A program made the translations under genes and the position numbers. The notes beneath the pieces were generated by a model that saw only the letters and a list, made by a program, of their open reading frames with translations, had not been told where the DNA came from and searched no databases. From Eledone cirrhosa (lineage: Eukaryota), in the NCBI GenBank assembly GCA_964016885.1, contig OZ024757.1, forward strand, positions 22,568,001 through 22,632,000: DNA of 64,000 nucleotides. The letters run 5' to 3'. Below are positions 27,775 through 41,514 of the stretch, in pieces. Each line of letters opens with the position of its first letter. Positions within the stretch are counted from its first letter, which is position 1.

Positions 27775-27805
<31 letters not shown>

Positions 27806-28122
27806 AATGATGCACTGTCGTTAACTGAAGTGCACAGGGTGGCATTGGCTTTTAAGTTAAGTTGAACCAACTACAGAGTGATAATGATAAAGGGTACACT
27901 TGGGAGAGGAGAAAGTAGCTCGTCATTCAGTGCATCCGTTGCAGGGGTATGCTGGACAGTAGCAGCAGCAGCAGCAGCAGCAGAATGATGCACTGTCGTT
28001 AACTGAAGTGCACAGGGTGGCATTGGCTTTTAAGTTAAGTTGAACCAACTACAGAGTGATAATGATAAAGGGTACACTTGGGAGAGGAGAAAGTAGCTCG
28101 TCATTCAGTGCATCCGTTGCAG
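27757..28122. repeat. Direct tandem duplication (181/178 bp) bounded by GTTGCAG
   Basis: GTTGCAG at 27757, 27938 and 28116; the units differ by one CAG. Confidence 0.9.
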
Positions 28123-28442
28123 CGTTGCAGGAGGAAAACAGAAACACATGTTCAACAGGCATGCGACGTGCAAAATAAAACTGCCTGTTGCCGGTTGCAA
28201 ACCACAACAAATCATCAGTGGAGTCTTCCTCTTCCTCTACACACACCCCTTCCACTTATCTCTCTCTAGTCTAATACACCCCGTCTTTTCCTTATTACCG
28301 CTGTCCCCTAATCTCAACACCGTCCCCTGCCCACCTTTGTCGCTTCCTCTTGCAGTCTTTTCTCCCCCCACCCCACCCCACCCCACCCGACACCAGCCAA
28401 CCTTACCTAGCTTTTGCAACTGCTGACACTTCTGCTGCTACT

Positions 28443-28475
<33 letters not shown>

Positions 28476-28795
28476 GTTGGTAACTACTGCTGCTGCTGCT
28501 GCTGCTGCTATTGCTGCTGATGTTGCTACTGTTGCTACTGCTGTTGCTACTACTACTACTACTACTACTACTACTGATGCTGCTGTTACTACTGATGCTG
28601 CTACTGATGCTGCTGTTGCTACTACTACTACTACTACTGATGCTGCTGTTGCTACTGCTGCTACTACTACTACTACTACTGATGCTGCTGTTGCTACTGC
28701 TGCTGCTGTTGCTATTGTTGCTACTACTACTACTACTACTACTACTACTATTACTGATGCTGCTGTTGCTACTGATGCTGCTGTTGCTACTGTTG

Positions 28796-28827
<32 letters not shown>

Positions 28828-29371
28828 GATGCTGTTGTTGCTACTGCTGCTGCTGTTGCTATTGTTGCTACTACTACTACTACTACTACTACTATTACTG
28901 ATGCTGCTGTTGCTACTGATGCTGCTGTTGCTACTACTACTACTACTACTACTACTACTGATGCTGCTGTTGCTACTGCTGCTGCTACTACTACTGCTGC
29001 TGCTGCTGCTACTACTGCTGCTGCTGCTGACAGAGACATTGATTCTGCCACCAGACGTGCAGCTATGTGATGCTGGTGTGTGTGTGTGTCTGTGTGTGTC
29101 TGTGTGTGTGTGCGTGTGTGTGTGTCTGTGTCTCTCTCTGTGTGTGTGTCTGTGTGTGTGTGTCTGTGTCTGTGTGTGTCTGTGTGTGTCTGTGTGTGTC
29201 TGTGTGTCTGTGTGTGTGTGTCTGTCTGTGTGTCTCTGTGTGTGTATGTGTCTGTGTATGTGTGTCTGTGTGTGTGTGTGTGTCTGTGTGTGTGTCTGTG
29301 TGTGTGTCTGTATCTGTGCACATGTCGTTTTGTGTGTGTGTGTGTCTGTGTGTAGGCCTGCTTATCAGTGT

Positions 29372-29410
<39 letters not shown>

Positions 29411-29429
29411 GGCCAGTGTGTCTGGATGC

Positions 29430-29466
<37 letters not shown>

Positions 29467-29661
29467 GGCCAGTGTGCCTGGATGCATATGTGTGTGTGTG
29501 TGTAGGCCAGTGTGTCTGGATGCATATGTGTGTGTGTGTGTGTGTGTGTGAAAGCCAGTGTGTCTGGATGCATATGTGTGTGTGTGTGTGATGGCCAGTG
29601 TGTCTGGATGCATATGTGTGTGTGTGTGTGTGAGTGTGTAAGGCCAGTGTGTCTGGATGCA

Positions 29662-29695
<34 letters not shown>

Positions 29696-30259
29696 TGTGT
29701 GTGTGTGTGTATGTGTGAAGGCCAGTGTGTCTGGATGCATATGTGTGTGTGTGTGTGTGAAGGCCAGTGTGTCTGGATGCATATGTGTGTGTGTGTGTGT
29801 GTGTATGTGTGTGTATGTGTGTGTGTGTTCACCAGTGAGTTTCAGTGCATATGTCTTGATGTGTCACTGTGTGTATGCATGTGTGTGTGTGCATATGTAT
29901 CTGCCTATATGTGCGTGTGTATGTGTGTATGTGTGCATGTATATGTGCATGTCTATGTGCTTATATGTGCATATGTATGTGCTTGTGTGCATGTGTATGT
30001 GCTTATGTGTGTATGTGCTTATATGTGAGTGTGTATGTTTATGTGTGCATGTCTATGTGCATGTGTATGTGTTTATGTGTGCATGTGTTTGTGCTTATGT
30101 GTGTGGAGTTTTGTGAAGGTAGGTTGTGTGTGTGTGTATGCATGATCTGTATGTGTGTGTCAGTGTGTGTATATGTGTGTGTATGTGTCTGTGTGTGTCT
30201 GAATGTGTGTGTGTATGTGTTTGTGTGTGTCTGCATGACTGTGTGTGTGTGTGTGTGTG

Positions 30260-30312
<53 letters not shown>

Positions 30313-30928
30313 GTACACACACATATATATATATATACTTACATTCATACATGCATGCATGCATACATACATAGATACATGCATGCATGTATGCATGCAT
30401 ATATACATACATATATGTATATATACACATATACATGTATACATACATATATACGTATATGCATATATATATATATATATACATACATACTTATATATAT
30501 ACACATAGACATACATACATACATAAATACATACATACATATATACATACAAACATATATACAAGCATTTGCACAAACTATTATATATATTCACACACAA
30601 ATACACATGCTTATACTGAAATACACACACATATACTGACACACAGGTACATATATTTACACAATCATACTCATAATCACATACACACACACACAGGCAC
30701 ATATATTTACACAATCATACTCATAATCACATACGCACACACAGGCACATATATTTACACAATCATACTCATAATCACATACACACACACACACACACAC
30801 AGGCACATATATTTACACAATCATACTCATAATCACATACACACACACACAGGCACATATATTTACACAATCATACTCATAATCACACACACACACACAT
30901 ATATATACACACGCACACACACATATAT

Positions 30929-30959
<31 letters not shown>

Positions 30960-31103
30960 CACACATATATATATATACACATACACCTATATGTATATAT
31001 ATATACACACATATATATATATATACACACACACATACATATATACACACACACATATATATATACACACACACATATATAAACACACACATATATATAT
31101 ATA

Positions 31104-31270
31104 CACTGTAAATGTGGTTGGTGTTAGGAAGGGCATCCAGCTGTAGAAAACCCGCCAGACAGTCCTATACGAGCAAGACAATCACTCTTGCCTCAAGTGG
31201 GAATACCCCCGTCCAAACCCATGCAAGCGTGGAACACGGACGTTAAACGTTGATGATGATGATGATGATG
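31104..31270 (+). mobile_element. RTE 3' UTR fragment
   Basis: GGAAGGGCATCC unit and (GAT)n tail. Confidence 0.8.
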
Positions 31271-31324
31271 ACACATATATATATATATACACATACACCT
31301 ATATATACACACACATATATATAT

Positions 31325-31355
<31 letters not shown>

Positions 31356-32445
31356 AACACACACACATATATATATACACACATATATATAAACACACAC
31401 ACCTATATATATACACACATATATATATATATACACACATATATATATATATATACACACACACATATATATACACACACATATATATATATACACACAT
31501 ATATATATATATACACACACACATATATATATACACACACACATATACACACACACACACACATATATACACACACACTCATATATATATAAACACACAT
31601 ATATATATATACACACACATATATATATATATATACACACACACACATATATATATACACACATATATATATATATACACACACACACATATATATATAC
31701 ACACATATATATACACACACATATATATACACACACACACATATATATACACACACACACATATTTATATATGTCTATGAGTAGGTGTAAAATCCCTGGT
31801 CAGACTGATTGCAATAGTTTTAATGAGAAATATAGTGAAGTCAGATGGATAGAGTTATAGCTCACTGGTGAGTGTGTGTTAGAGTGTGTGTGTGTGTGTT
31901 AGAGTGTGTGTGTGTTAGAGTGTGTGTGTGTTAGAGTGTGTGTGTGTTAGAGTGTGTGTGTTAGAGTGAGTGTGTTAGAGTGAGTGTGTTAGAGTGTGTG
32001 TGTTAGAGAGTGAGTGTGTTAGAGTGTGTGTGTGTGTGTTAGAGTGTGTGTGTTAGAGTGTGAGTGTGTTAGAGTGTGTGTGTGTGTGTGTTAGAGTGTG
32101 TGTGTAAGAGAGTGAGTGTGTTAGAGTGAGTGTGTGTGTTAGAAAGTGAGTGTGTTAGAGTGTGTGTGTAAGAGAGTGAGTGTGTTAGAGTGAGTGTGTG
32201 TGTTAGAAAGTGAGTGTGTTAGAGTGTGTGTGTAAGAGAGTGAGTGTGTTAGAGTGAGTGTGTGTGTTAGAAAGTGAGTGTGTTAGTGTGTGTTAGAGTG
32301 TGTTAGGGTGGGATGGAGGTATGGGGGGAGTGTGGATGAGGGTAGTGTTGGTGAGTGGGTAGGGAATGTTGGTCAGGATGAGAGTGTGTGGGTAATAGTA
32401 GCAGAAAGAGTGAGAGAGAGAGAGATAGAGAAAGTGATAGATAAG

Positions 32446-32481
<36 letters not shown>

Positions 32482-32549
32482 AGGAGAGAGAGAGAGAGAT
32501 GGAAGGAGAGAGAGAGAATAGGACTTTCCTGTGAAACATAAGTAATGCA

Positions 32550-32954
32550 TATGCAAAGTTTTAAAACATCAGTTGGGGACTTCTCGAGTTACAGGCCCTA
32601 ACGCAACCAAAATGCTTTAAAAAATCGGTTTTCCACCTAATGCGGTCCCTGGGGCAAAAAATGAGAAAATCTTTTTTGCTCAAAATACTTTAAACGTCAC
32701 GAGTAATGCAAATTTTGGAAAAAGTCGTCTGGATTATTGTTCCGTTATACCTCAAAAAAGCCTTTAAAGGATAAAATATGTGGTTTTTTGCCTAATGCGA
32801 TCCCTAGGGCATTGAAAATTTGAAATATTCTTTGCTCAAAACACTCACACGACCATAAGTATTACATGTGTAAAGTTTGAAAAAAATCGGTTGGGTGGTT
32901 CTCGAGTTTTAGGGGGACAAACAGATAGACATTCTCTGTTTTAGATATATAGAT
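32550..32954 (+). mobile_element. Probable non-autonomous Helitron/Helentron-like fragment
   Basis: Internal sub-repeats (AAAGTTT..AAAAAATCGGTT, TTCTCGAGTT, CCTAATGCG.TCCCT.GGGC), ending ACAAACAGATAGACA...TATATAGAT as in such elements. Confidence 0.45.
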
Positions 32955-33010
32955 ATATTTATATTAATTCAAAATATTAATAAATGTAGACATTCACGTA
33001 ATCAAAATAT

Positions 33011-33074
33011 ATTTTATTATGTATATTTCGGAAGTACTGTGCTGTTTTTTCAGTACATCCTCATCAGATAAAAT
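33011..33074 (-). ncRNA. Minimal type I hammerhead ribozyme motif
   Basis: ATTTTAT-CTGATGA-GGATGTACTG...CAGTACTTCC-GAAAT-ATAC-ATA-ATAAAAT: 7-bp stem I, 9 of 10 pairs in stem II, AUA cleavage triplet. Confidence 0.75.
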
Positions 33075-34179
33075 ACATAAATTGATGTATGACATACCTC
33101 AACTGTGCTGATAGTTCAATTCCAGTCTTGGCAGATATATATTTATATTTATATCAACGTCATTGAATCAGTTTGAATTTTTTAACTTATGAAGTACCGA
33201 GGAAATAAATATATAAAAGAATGTAGGAAGCTGAGATGACTGCAATTACAGTCAGTTGTTATAAAATAGTATATAAATATTGGGTAAAAACTGTTAGGGA
33301 CAAGAAAATACTGCCAGAGGCTACGAAAATTTAGCTTTATACAACTCTGTCTCGTTCTCTCCATACACATATACACACAAACTGCCACCAACATGCTCAC
33401 ACACACACACACTGGTATGTGTGTATTCTTGTCATACCTGCACACACACACTGCTACTACACCACACCACAGCACACCTCACACACCCCACCCCACCCTA
33501 TCACACTCCACCCCACCCTATCACACCCCTCCACACCACACAACACAGCACACCCCACCACACCACACCACACCACACCACTCCACACTACACGACAGCG
33601 CACCCCCACTACACCCCACCCCACCACTCCACACTACACACACCCCACTACACCACACTCCACACCACATCACACCACACCACACTACACCACAGCACAC
33701 CCCGCTACACCACACCCCACCCCACCACACTACACCCCACCACACCACTCCACACTACACCACACTCCACACTACAGCACACCACACCACACCACACTAC
33801 ACCACACCACACCATGCTATGCACGGCACCACATCCAGATCCATCCATCCTTCTGTATATTTGTAATTCTGAGATTCTCTGCTCAGTTCTTCCCATAAAT
33901 CACCACGAAGCCCATCTAAAACCCCCCAGAAAGCCTTCCATAATGAATAGACAATGGACGTTGCTAGTACGAGTCTACAGTGGTGTTTTAATCTGTTTAT
34001 TAGTATTCCAGATCAGTACTGGACAGCTTGTGAAAAATACATTATGTCGACATCACACTAATCATGAAGGGTTTAACAGCCTTGGAAATAGTTACATCCA
34101 GGGTGGGATTTATCAGGGAGGGGCAGTTGGGGTGAGGGTGGGGGGCTCTGCCCCCTCACCCCTTCATAAAACAGATACT

Positions 34180-34950
34180 GGTTATGATGTTGGTTGGCAG
34201 AACATGTAGTGTGTTAAGTTCGTATACAAGGCACAAGGCACTACATGTGAAGATGTTCGGCCTAGAGGTTATGATGTTTTTTTGCAGAACATGTAGTGTG
34301 TTAAATCTATAAACAAGGGGCTACATGTGAAGATGTTTGGCCTAGAGGTTATGATGTTGGTTGGTATAACATGTAGTGTTAAGTTCGTATGCAAGGTGCT
34401 ACATGTGAAGATGTTTGGCCTAGAAGATATGATGTTGGTTGGTATAACATGTAGTGTTAAGTCTGTATGCAAGGTGCTACATGAGAAGATGTTTGGCCTA
34501 GAGGTTATGATGTTGGTTGGTATAACATGTAGTGTTAAGTTCGTATACAAGGTGCTACATGTGAAGATGTTTGGCCTAGAAGATATGATGTTGGTTGGTA
34601 TAACATGTAGTGTTAAGTCTATATACAAGGTGCTACATGTGAAGATGTTTGGCCTAGAAGATATGATGCTGGTTGTTATAACATGTAGTGTTAAGTTCGT
34701 ATACAAGGTGCTACATGTGAAGATGTTTGGCCTAGAAGTTATGATGTTGGTTGTTATAACATGTAGTGTTAAGTTCATATACAAGGTGCTACATGTGAAG
34801 ATGTTTGGCCTAGAGGTTATGATGTTGGTTTGTATAACATGTAGTGTTAAGTCTGTATGCAAGGTGCTACATGTAAAGATGTTTGGCCTAGAGGTTATGA
34901 TGTTGGTTGGTATAACATGTAGTGTTAAGTTCGTATACAAGGTGCTACAT
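34180..34950. repeat. 78-bp tandem repeat, about 10 copies
   Basis: ATGTGAAGATGTTTGGCCTAGA at 34325, 34403 and onward with period 78. Confidence 0.95.
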
Positions 34951-35179
34951 GCGATGGCAACCCACATCCTTATTATATGTTTGGTTATGAGAGCATGTAG
35001 GACATTATGTCCTTCAGCAAGACACTTCATGTAAAGATACCAAGCTACTGGTTTTGATGTTGGGCTCAAAACTATAAAGTTCGGAGTATAGTTGCCAGAA
35101 CATTGAGTTCTTGAGCAAGTCACTTCATGTGAAGATGCCTGGCATACTTATTTTTTCCATTCCTTCATCTTCATCTTTT

Positions 35180-35295
35180 ATTTCTCATTCTATCTTCTGA
35201 TGAAGGACTAGTGTCCGAAATGTAAAGACTATATCAAGCGTTAAACTAATATAATTCTTCATTGTGCTGTGTTCTTTCTGTTTACATTTTGTATT
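35180..35295 (+). mobile_element. Penelope-like repeat with hammerhead motif
   Basis: TCTT-CTGATGA-AGGAC-TAGT-GTCC-GAAATGTA-AAGA at about 35193-35228; homologous to 2090-2218. Confidence 0.65.
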
Positions 35296-35416
35296 TATAT
35301 ATATATATGTTCATTGAGGGATTTAGTAACCAATTTTTCTATTATCAAGTTTGTATTTGGAACATAACTTAACGAAGGTTCTTATGTAAAAGTAGGATGG
35401 AATATAAACACATTAA

Positions 35417-35624
35417 CCCTTTAGCATTTAAACCGGTCATATCCGACCAGAGTTCTCTCACCTTTTTCTGTTCAAACTGACCATAACTAGCCACCCATAC
35501 TAATGTTAAGGTATTGTCCTCAAAATAAATAATATCAAAATCTCATGGAATAGATATTATGTGAGATAAAGCCTTTAACACTAGAATACAATAGTATATC
35601 TAGAGTAATGCAAATTCTAAAGGG
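35417..35624. mobile_element. piggyBac-like MITE
   Basis: TTAA|CCCTTTAGCATTT ... AAATTCTAAAGGG|TTAA: 13-bp TIR with one mismatch and TTAA target duplication. Confidence 0.75.
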
Positions 35625-36229
35625 TTAAAACAAACAGTTTTGTATGATAGAATCAGTGGCAGTTCCAGATGGTTTGGTTTAGTATCGAAAAGGTTTAAAA
35701 CACTTGAAGACATTTTGTGTAAATTAATGTTGGGAAACACACGAGCAAGTTCTCTGCAGAAACAACAGCGGTATTGTGGTGATGAGAGTTTCTAGTTGAA
35801 TTGATGTTGTCAGGCTGCACTAACTACACCGTTCCGCTAAGATACTGTATTATCCAGCAGTAACCCCCCACCACCCTCAATTAAAACAATACAGCTTCAG
35901 TTATTACAAATACCAAAGTTAATTTCCATATTGTTCTTAGTTTCCCACTAATTATTAATTCTCAATTCTATTGACACCAACGCAGCATGACCAAGTAAAA
36001 ACAAACAAAAAGAATAGTCTACAAAAACCTACCCCCCCCCCGTCACCTTTCCAAAAAACCCATCCTCAAAATTAAATGCTTTGTCTGTTTGTTTTAAGTC
36101 CACATATATCTATATATACTATATATATATATATCTGTCTTTCTATTTAACTCTCTCTCTCTCAATATATATATATATATATATATATAATAATAGTTTC
36201 TACATTTTGCACAAGGCCAGCAATAACCC

Positions 36230-37700
36230 AGACATACATATAGAGATATACACACTGTCAGACATACATATAGAGATATACACACTGTCAGACATACATA
36301 TAGAGATATACACACTGTCAGACATACATATAGAGATATACACACTTTCAGACATACATATAGAGATATACACACTGTCAGACATACATATAGAGATATA
36401 CACACTGTCAGACATACATATAGAGATATACACACAGTCATACATACAGATAGAGATATACACACTGTCAGACATACACAGAGATATACACACTGTCAGA
36501 CATACATATAGAGATATACACACTGTCAGACATACATATAGAGATATACACACTGTCAGACATACATATAGAGATATACACACTGTCAGACATACACAGA
36601 GATATACACACTGTCAGACATACACATAGAGATATCCACACTGTCAGACATACATATAGAGATATACACACTGTCAGACATACATATAGAGATATACACA
36701 CTGTCAGACATACACAGAGATATACACACTGTCAGACATACATATAGAGATATACACACTGTCAGACATACATATAGAGATATACACACTGTCAGACATA
36801 CACAGAGATATACACACTGTCAGACATACATATAGAGATATACACACTGTCAGACATACACATAGAGATATACACACTGTCAGACATACATATAGAGATA
36901 TACACAATGTCAGACATACACATAGAGATATACACACTGTCAGACATACACATAGAGATATACACACTGTCAGACATACATATAGAGATATACACACTGT
37001 CAGACATACATATAGAGATATACACACTGTCAGACATACATATAGAGATTTACACACTGTCAGACATACATACAGAAATATACACACTGTCAGACATATA
37101 TATAGAGATATACACACTATGTGTATGTCTGACAGTGTGTATATCTATATATGTATGTCTGACAGTGTGTATATCTCTATGTGTATGTCTGACAGTGTGT
37201 ATATCTCTATGTGTATGTCTGACAGTGTGTAAATCTCTATGTGTATGTCTGACAGTGTGTATATCTCTATATGTATGTCTGACAGTGTGTTTATCTCTAT
37301 ATGTATGTCTGACAGTGTGTAAATCTCTATGTGTATGTCTGACAGTGTGTATATCTCTATGTGTATGTCTGACAGTGTGTATATCTCTATATGTATGTCT
37401 GACAGTGTGTATATCTCTATATGTATGTCTGACAGTGTCTATATCTCTATGTGTATGTCTGACAGTGTGTATATCTCTATGTGTATGTCTGACAGTGTGT
37501 ATATCTCTATATGTATGTCTGACAGTGTGTATATCTCTATATGTATGTCTGACAGTGTGTATATCTCTATATGTATGTCTGACAGTGTGTATATCTCTAT
37601 ATGTATGTCTGACAGTGTGTATATCTCTATGTGTATGTCTGACAGTGTGTATATCTCTATGTGTATGTCTGACAGTGTGTTTATCTCTATATGTATGTGT
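36230..37700. repeat. 30-bp minisatellite that reverses orientation at about 37118
   Basis: CAGACATACATATAGAGATATACACACTGT units up to 37118, then the reverse-complement unit to about 37700. Confidence 0.95.
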
Positions 37701-39187
37701 ATCAATATGTGTGTCTGTGAATGTGGGTATATATGTGTGTATGTCTGTGTCTATATGTGTATGTGTGTGTCTGTGAGTGTGGGTATATATGTGTGTATGT
37801 CTGTGTCTATATGTGTATGTGTCAATGTGTGTGTGTGTTTATGTATGTATGTATGTGTGTGTGTGTCTGTGAGCGTGTGTATCTCTGTGTGTGTATCTCT
37901 ATATGTATGTGTGTGTATTTCTATGCCTGTGTTTCAGTTTGTCATTGTGTCTGTGTGTGCCTATGTTAGTCTGTGTGTCTGTGTGTCTGTGTGTGTCTAT
38001 ATGAGTCTCTGTGTGTCTGTTAGTCTGTGTGTCTGTGTGTGTCTGTGTGTGTCTATGTGAATCTCTGTGTATCTGTGTGTGTCTATGTGTGTCTGTGTGT
38101 CTGTGTGTGTATGTATGTGTATGTGTGTGTCTGTGTGTGTCTATGTGTACCTGTGTGAGTCTCTGTGTCTCTGTGAGTCTCTGTGTGTCTGTGTGTGTCT
38201 ATCTGTGTTTATGTGTCTGTGTTTATGTGTCTGTGTTTATGTGTCTGTGTGTGTCTGTGTGAGTCTCTCTGTGTCTCTGTGTGTCTATATGTGTCTGTGT
38301 GTGTCTGTGTGTGTCTGTGTGTGTCTGTGTGTGTCTGTGTGTGTCTGTGTGTGTCTTTGTGAGTCTCTCTGTGTCTGTGTGTGTCTATGTGTGTCTGTAT
38401 GTGTCTGTATGTGTGTCTGTATGTGTCTGTATGTGAGTGTGTGTGTCTGTGTGTGTCTGTGTGAGTCTCTCTGTGTCTCTGTGTGTCTATGTGTGTCTGT
38501 ATGTGTCTGTGTCTCTATGTGTGTTTATGTGAGTGTGTGTGTCTGTGTGTGTCTCTGTGAGTCTCTGTGAGTCTCTCTGTGTCTCTGTGTGTCTATGTGT
38601 GTCTGTATGTGTCTGTGTCTCTATGTGTGTTTATGTGAGTGTGTGTGTCTGTGTGTGTCTCTGTGAGTCTCTCTGTGTCTCTGTGTGTCTGTATGTGAGT
38701 GTGTGTGTGTCTGTGTGTGTCTTTGTGAGTCTCTCTGTGTCTGTGTGTGTCTATGTGTGTCTGTATGTGTCTGTATGTGAGTGTGTGTGTGTCTGTGTGT
38801 GTTTGTGTGAGTCTCTCTGTGTCTCTGTGTGTCTATGTGTGTCTGTATGTGTCTCTATGTGTGTTTATGTGAGTGTGTGTGTCTGTGTGTGTCTCTGTGA
38901 GTCTCTCTGTGTCTCTGTGTGTCTGTATGTGTCTGTATGTGAGTGTGTGTGTGTCTGTGTGTGTTTGTGTGAGTCTCTCTGTGTCTCTGTGTGTCTATGT
39001 GTGTCTGTATGTGTCTCTATGTGTGTTTATGTGAGTGTGTGTGTCTGTGTGTGTCTCTGTGAGTCTCTCTGTGTCTCTGTGTGCCTGCATAAGCATATGT
39101 GTGACTTTTATGCATTTATGTGCATGTCTGCATATGTGTGTGTGTGTGTGTGTGTCCATGTATGAGAGAAAGAGAAAGACAAAGAGA

Positions 39188-39227
<40 letters not shown>

Positions 39228-40215
39228 GAGAGAGATAGAGAGAGAGAGATAGTGTGTGATTGTCCATGTATGAGAGAAAAAGAAAGACAAAGAGAGATGG
39301 AGAGAGAGAGAGAGAGAGAGAGAAAGAGGGATTTAGAAAGAGAGATAGAGAGAGAGAAAGAGATGGAGATAGAGTGAGGGGGGAGAGGGGAATGCTAAGT
39401 TATTGGCAAAGATGATTCTTAAGACAACTCAATACCTCACATACACCCCCGCCCCACAAACCCCCGTTCATCTCCCCACCCCCACAAACCCCCGTTCCTC
39501 TCCCCCACCCCACCCACCCCTCCTTCCTCTCCCCCACCCCACACACCCTCCCTTCCTCTCCCCCACCCCACAAACCCTCCTCCCTGTATACCCAGCATAC
39601 AGGAAAATGGATTTTGTGTCGTCACAAAATCAATCAATCATTATAATTATTGGGTAGATGATGATGATGGTGGTGGTGTTGGTGTTGGTGGTGTTGGTGT
39701 TGGTGTTGGTGGTGGTGGTGATGGTGGTGGTGATGGTGGTGGTGGTGGTGGTGGTACTGGTGATAGGATGATGGTGGTGGTGGTGGTGTTGGTGGTGGTG
39801 GTGGTGATACTGGAGATGGTGGTGGTGATGGTGGTGGTGGTGTTGGTGGTGATGGTGGTGGTGATGGTGGTGGTGATGGTGGTGGTGGTGATACTGGTGA
39901 TAGGATGATGGTGATGATGGTGGTGATGGATGGTGGTGGTGGTGTTGGTGATACTAGTGCTAGGATGATGGTGATGATGGTGGTGGTGGTGGTGGTGGTA
40001 ATTTTGATGATAGATGGTAATGATGATGGTGGTGGTGGTGATGGATGATGGTGATGGTGGTGGTGGTGGTGGTGGTAATTTTGATGATAGATGGTAATGA
40101 TGATGGTGGTGGTGGTGATGGTGACAATGATGATGAATGAAATAATAATGGTGATGAAGATTACGCTAATGTCATTGGTGATGACTAAGTGATGATGATG
40201 ATGATGATGACAATA

Positions 40216-40246
<31 letters not shown>

Positions 40247-41118
40247 CAATACTGATGATGATGATGATGGTTATGATGACAATGATGATGATGATGTGTG
40301 ATAATGGAGATGTTTATAGCATTCATAGTTTTACATCAATGACCAAGTATAAACATCCCTGACTACCACACCACCACATGCATACACACACATGCATACA
40401 CATGCATCCACACACATGCATACACATACATACACACACACACATACATATTTATGCACATACACACACACATGCCCACATGCAGTCACAGATAAATGCA
40501 CACTCACCTCTCCGTTCTACAAACTAAAGCTCTTGCACACACACACACATACATACACACACTCATACATACACACACACACACTCATACACACACACAC
40601 TCATACAGACACACATACACACTCATACACACACACACACACACAATCATGCACACATACAGCCACACACACACACAGTCACACATGCATACAGTCACAC
40701 ACATACAGCCACACACACACACAGCCACACATACATATACACACAGTCACACATATACACACACAGTCACACACATATACATACATATATACACGCATAT
40801 ACACATATATACACACATTCACACACACACATATACATACATATACATACATATATACACACATAGTCACACATATATACACACACACACAGTCACAAAT
40901 ATACATACATATATACACACACGTATACACACACATATATACACATATATACACACATATATACACACATATATACACATATATATACACACACATATAC
41001 ACACATCTTAACCAAATATACACCCCAATCCACTACCCCTACCCTATCCTCCCACTCCTACCAACACCCCCCTCTCTCTGTGAAGTTGGTACCACAACAT
41101 CCAGTCCAAATAAATGAG

Positions 41119-41450
41119 ATAATTGTTTCTACTTTAGGCACAAGGCCAGCAATTACCCAGTGCATTACTGGTACTTTATTTTATCGACCCCGTAAGGATG
41201 AAAGGTAAAGTTAACCTCGGCGGGATTTGAACTCAGAATGGAAAGGGCCGTAACACTATGCGTCAAAGCATGGAGTCCGGAAGAATTTGAAGTGATTTAG
41301 TAATATAACTAATTTTCTCATTATTATGTTGGTGTTTGGAACATAACATAACAACATAACAACCTGTGCGGAATTTGAACTCAGATCGTAAAGGGACGTA
41401 ACTATGCTGGAAAGCATGGCGTCAGACCCTCTACCGATACTGCCAATTCA
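41119..41450 (-). mobile_element. Chimeric Meta-type SINE insertion with captured genomic segment, flanked by TSD
   Basis: SINE head (41450->41361), then the segment found at 7921-7995, then a truncated SINE. Direct repeat CCAAATAAATGAGATAAT at 41106-41123 and 41451-41468. Confidence 0.8.
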
Positions 41451-41514
41451 CCAAATAAATGAGATAATAAGGTCGAGATCGTGAAGGTGTCACGACAAAA
41501 AAAACACACATTCC

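Noticed and set aside
28414-29070. Mucin-like ORF with apparent signal peptide
   Set aside because: Non-ATG start, made entirely of GCT/ACT trinucleotide repeats, open in several frames, no splice support.
31870-32310. Telomere-like TTAGAG repeats
   Set aside because: GT microsatellite with TTAGA interruptions; not a (TTAGGG)n array.
34269-35123. 235-284 aa repeat ORFs on both strands
   Set aside because: Consequence of a 78-bp tandem repeat; no domain similarity recognised.
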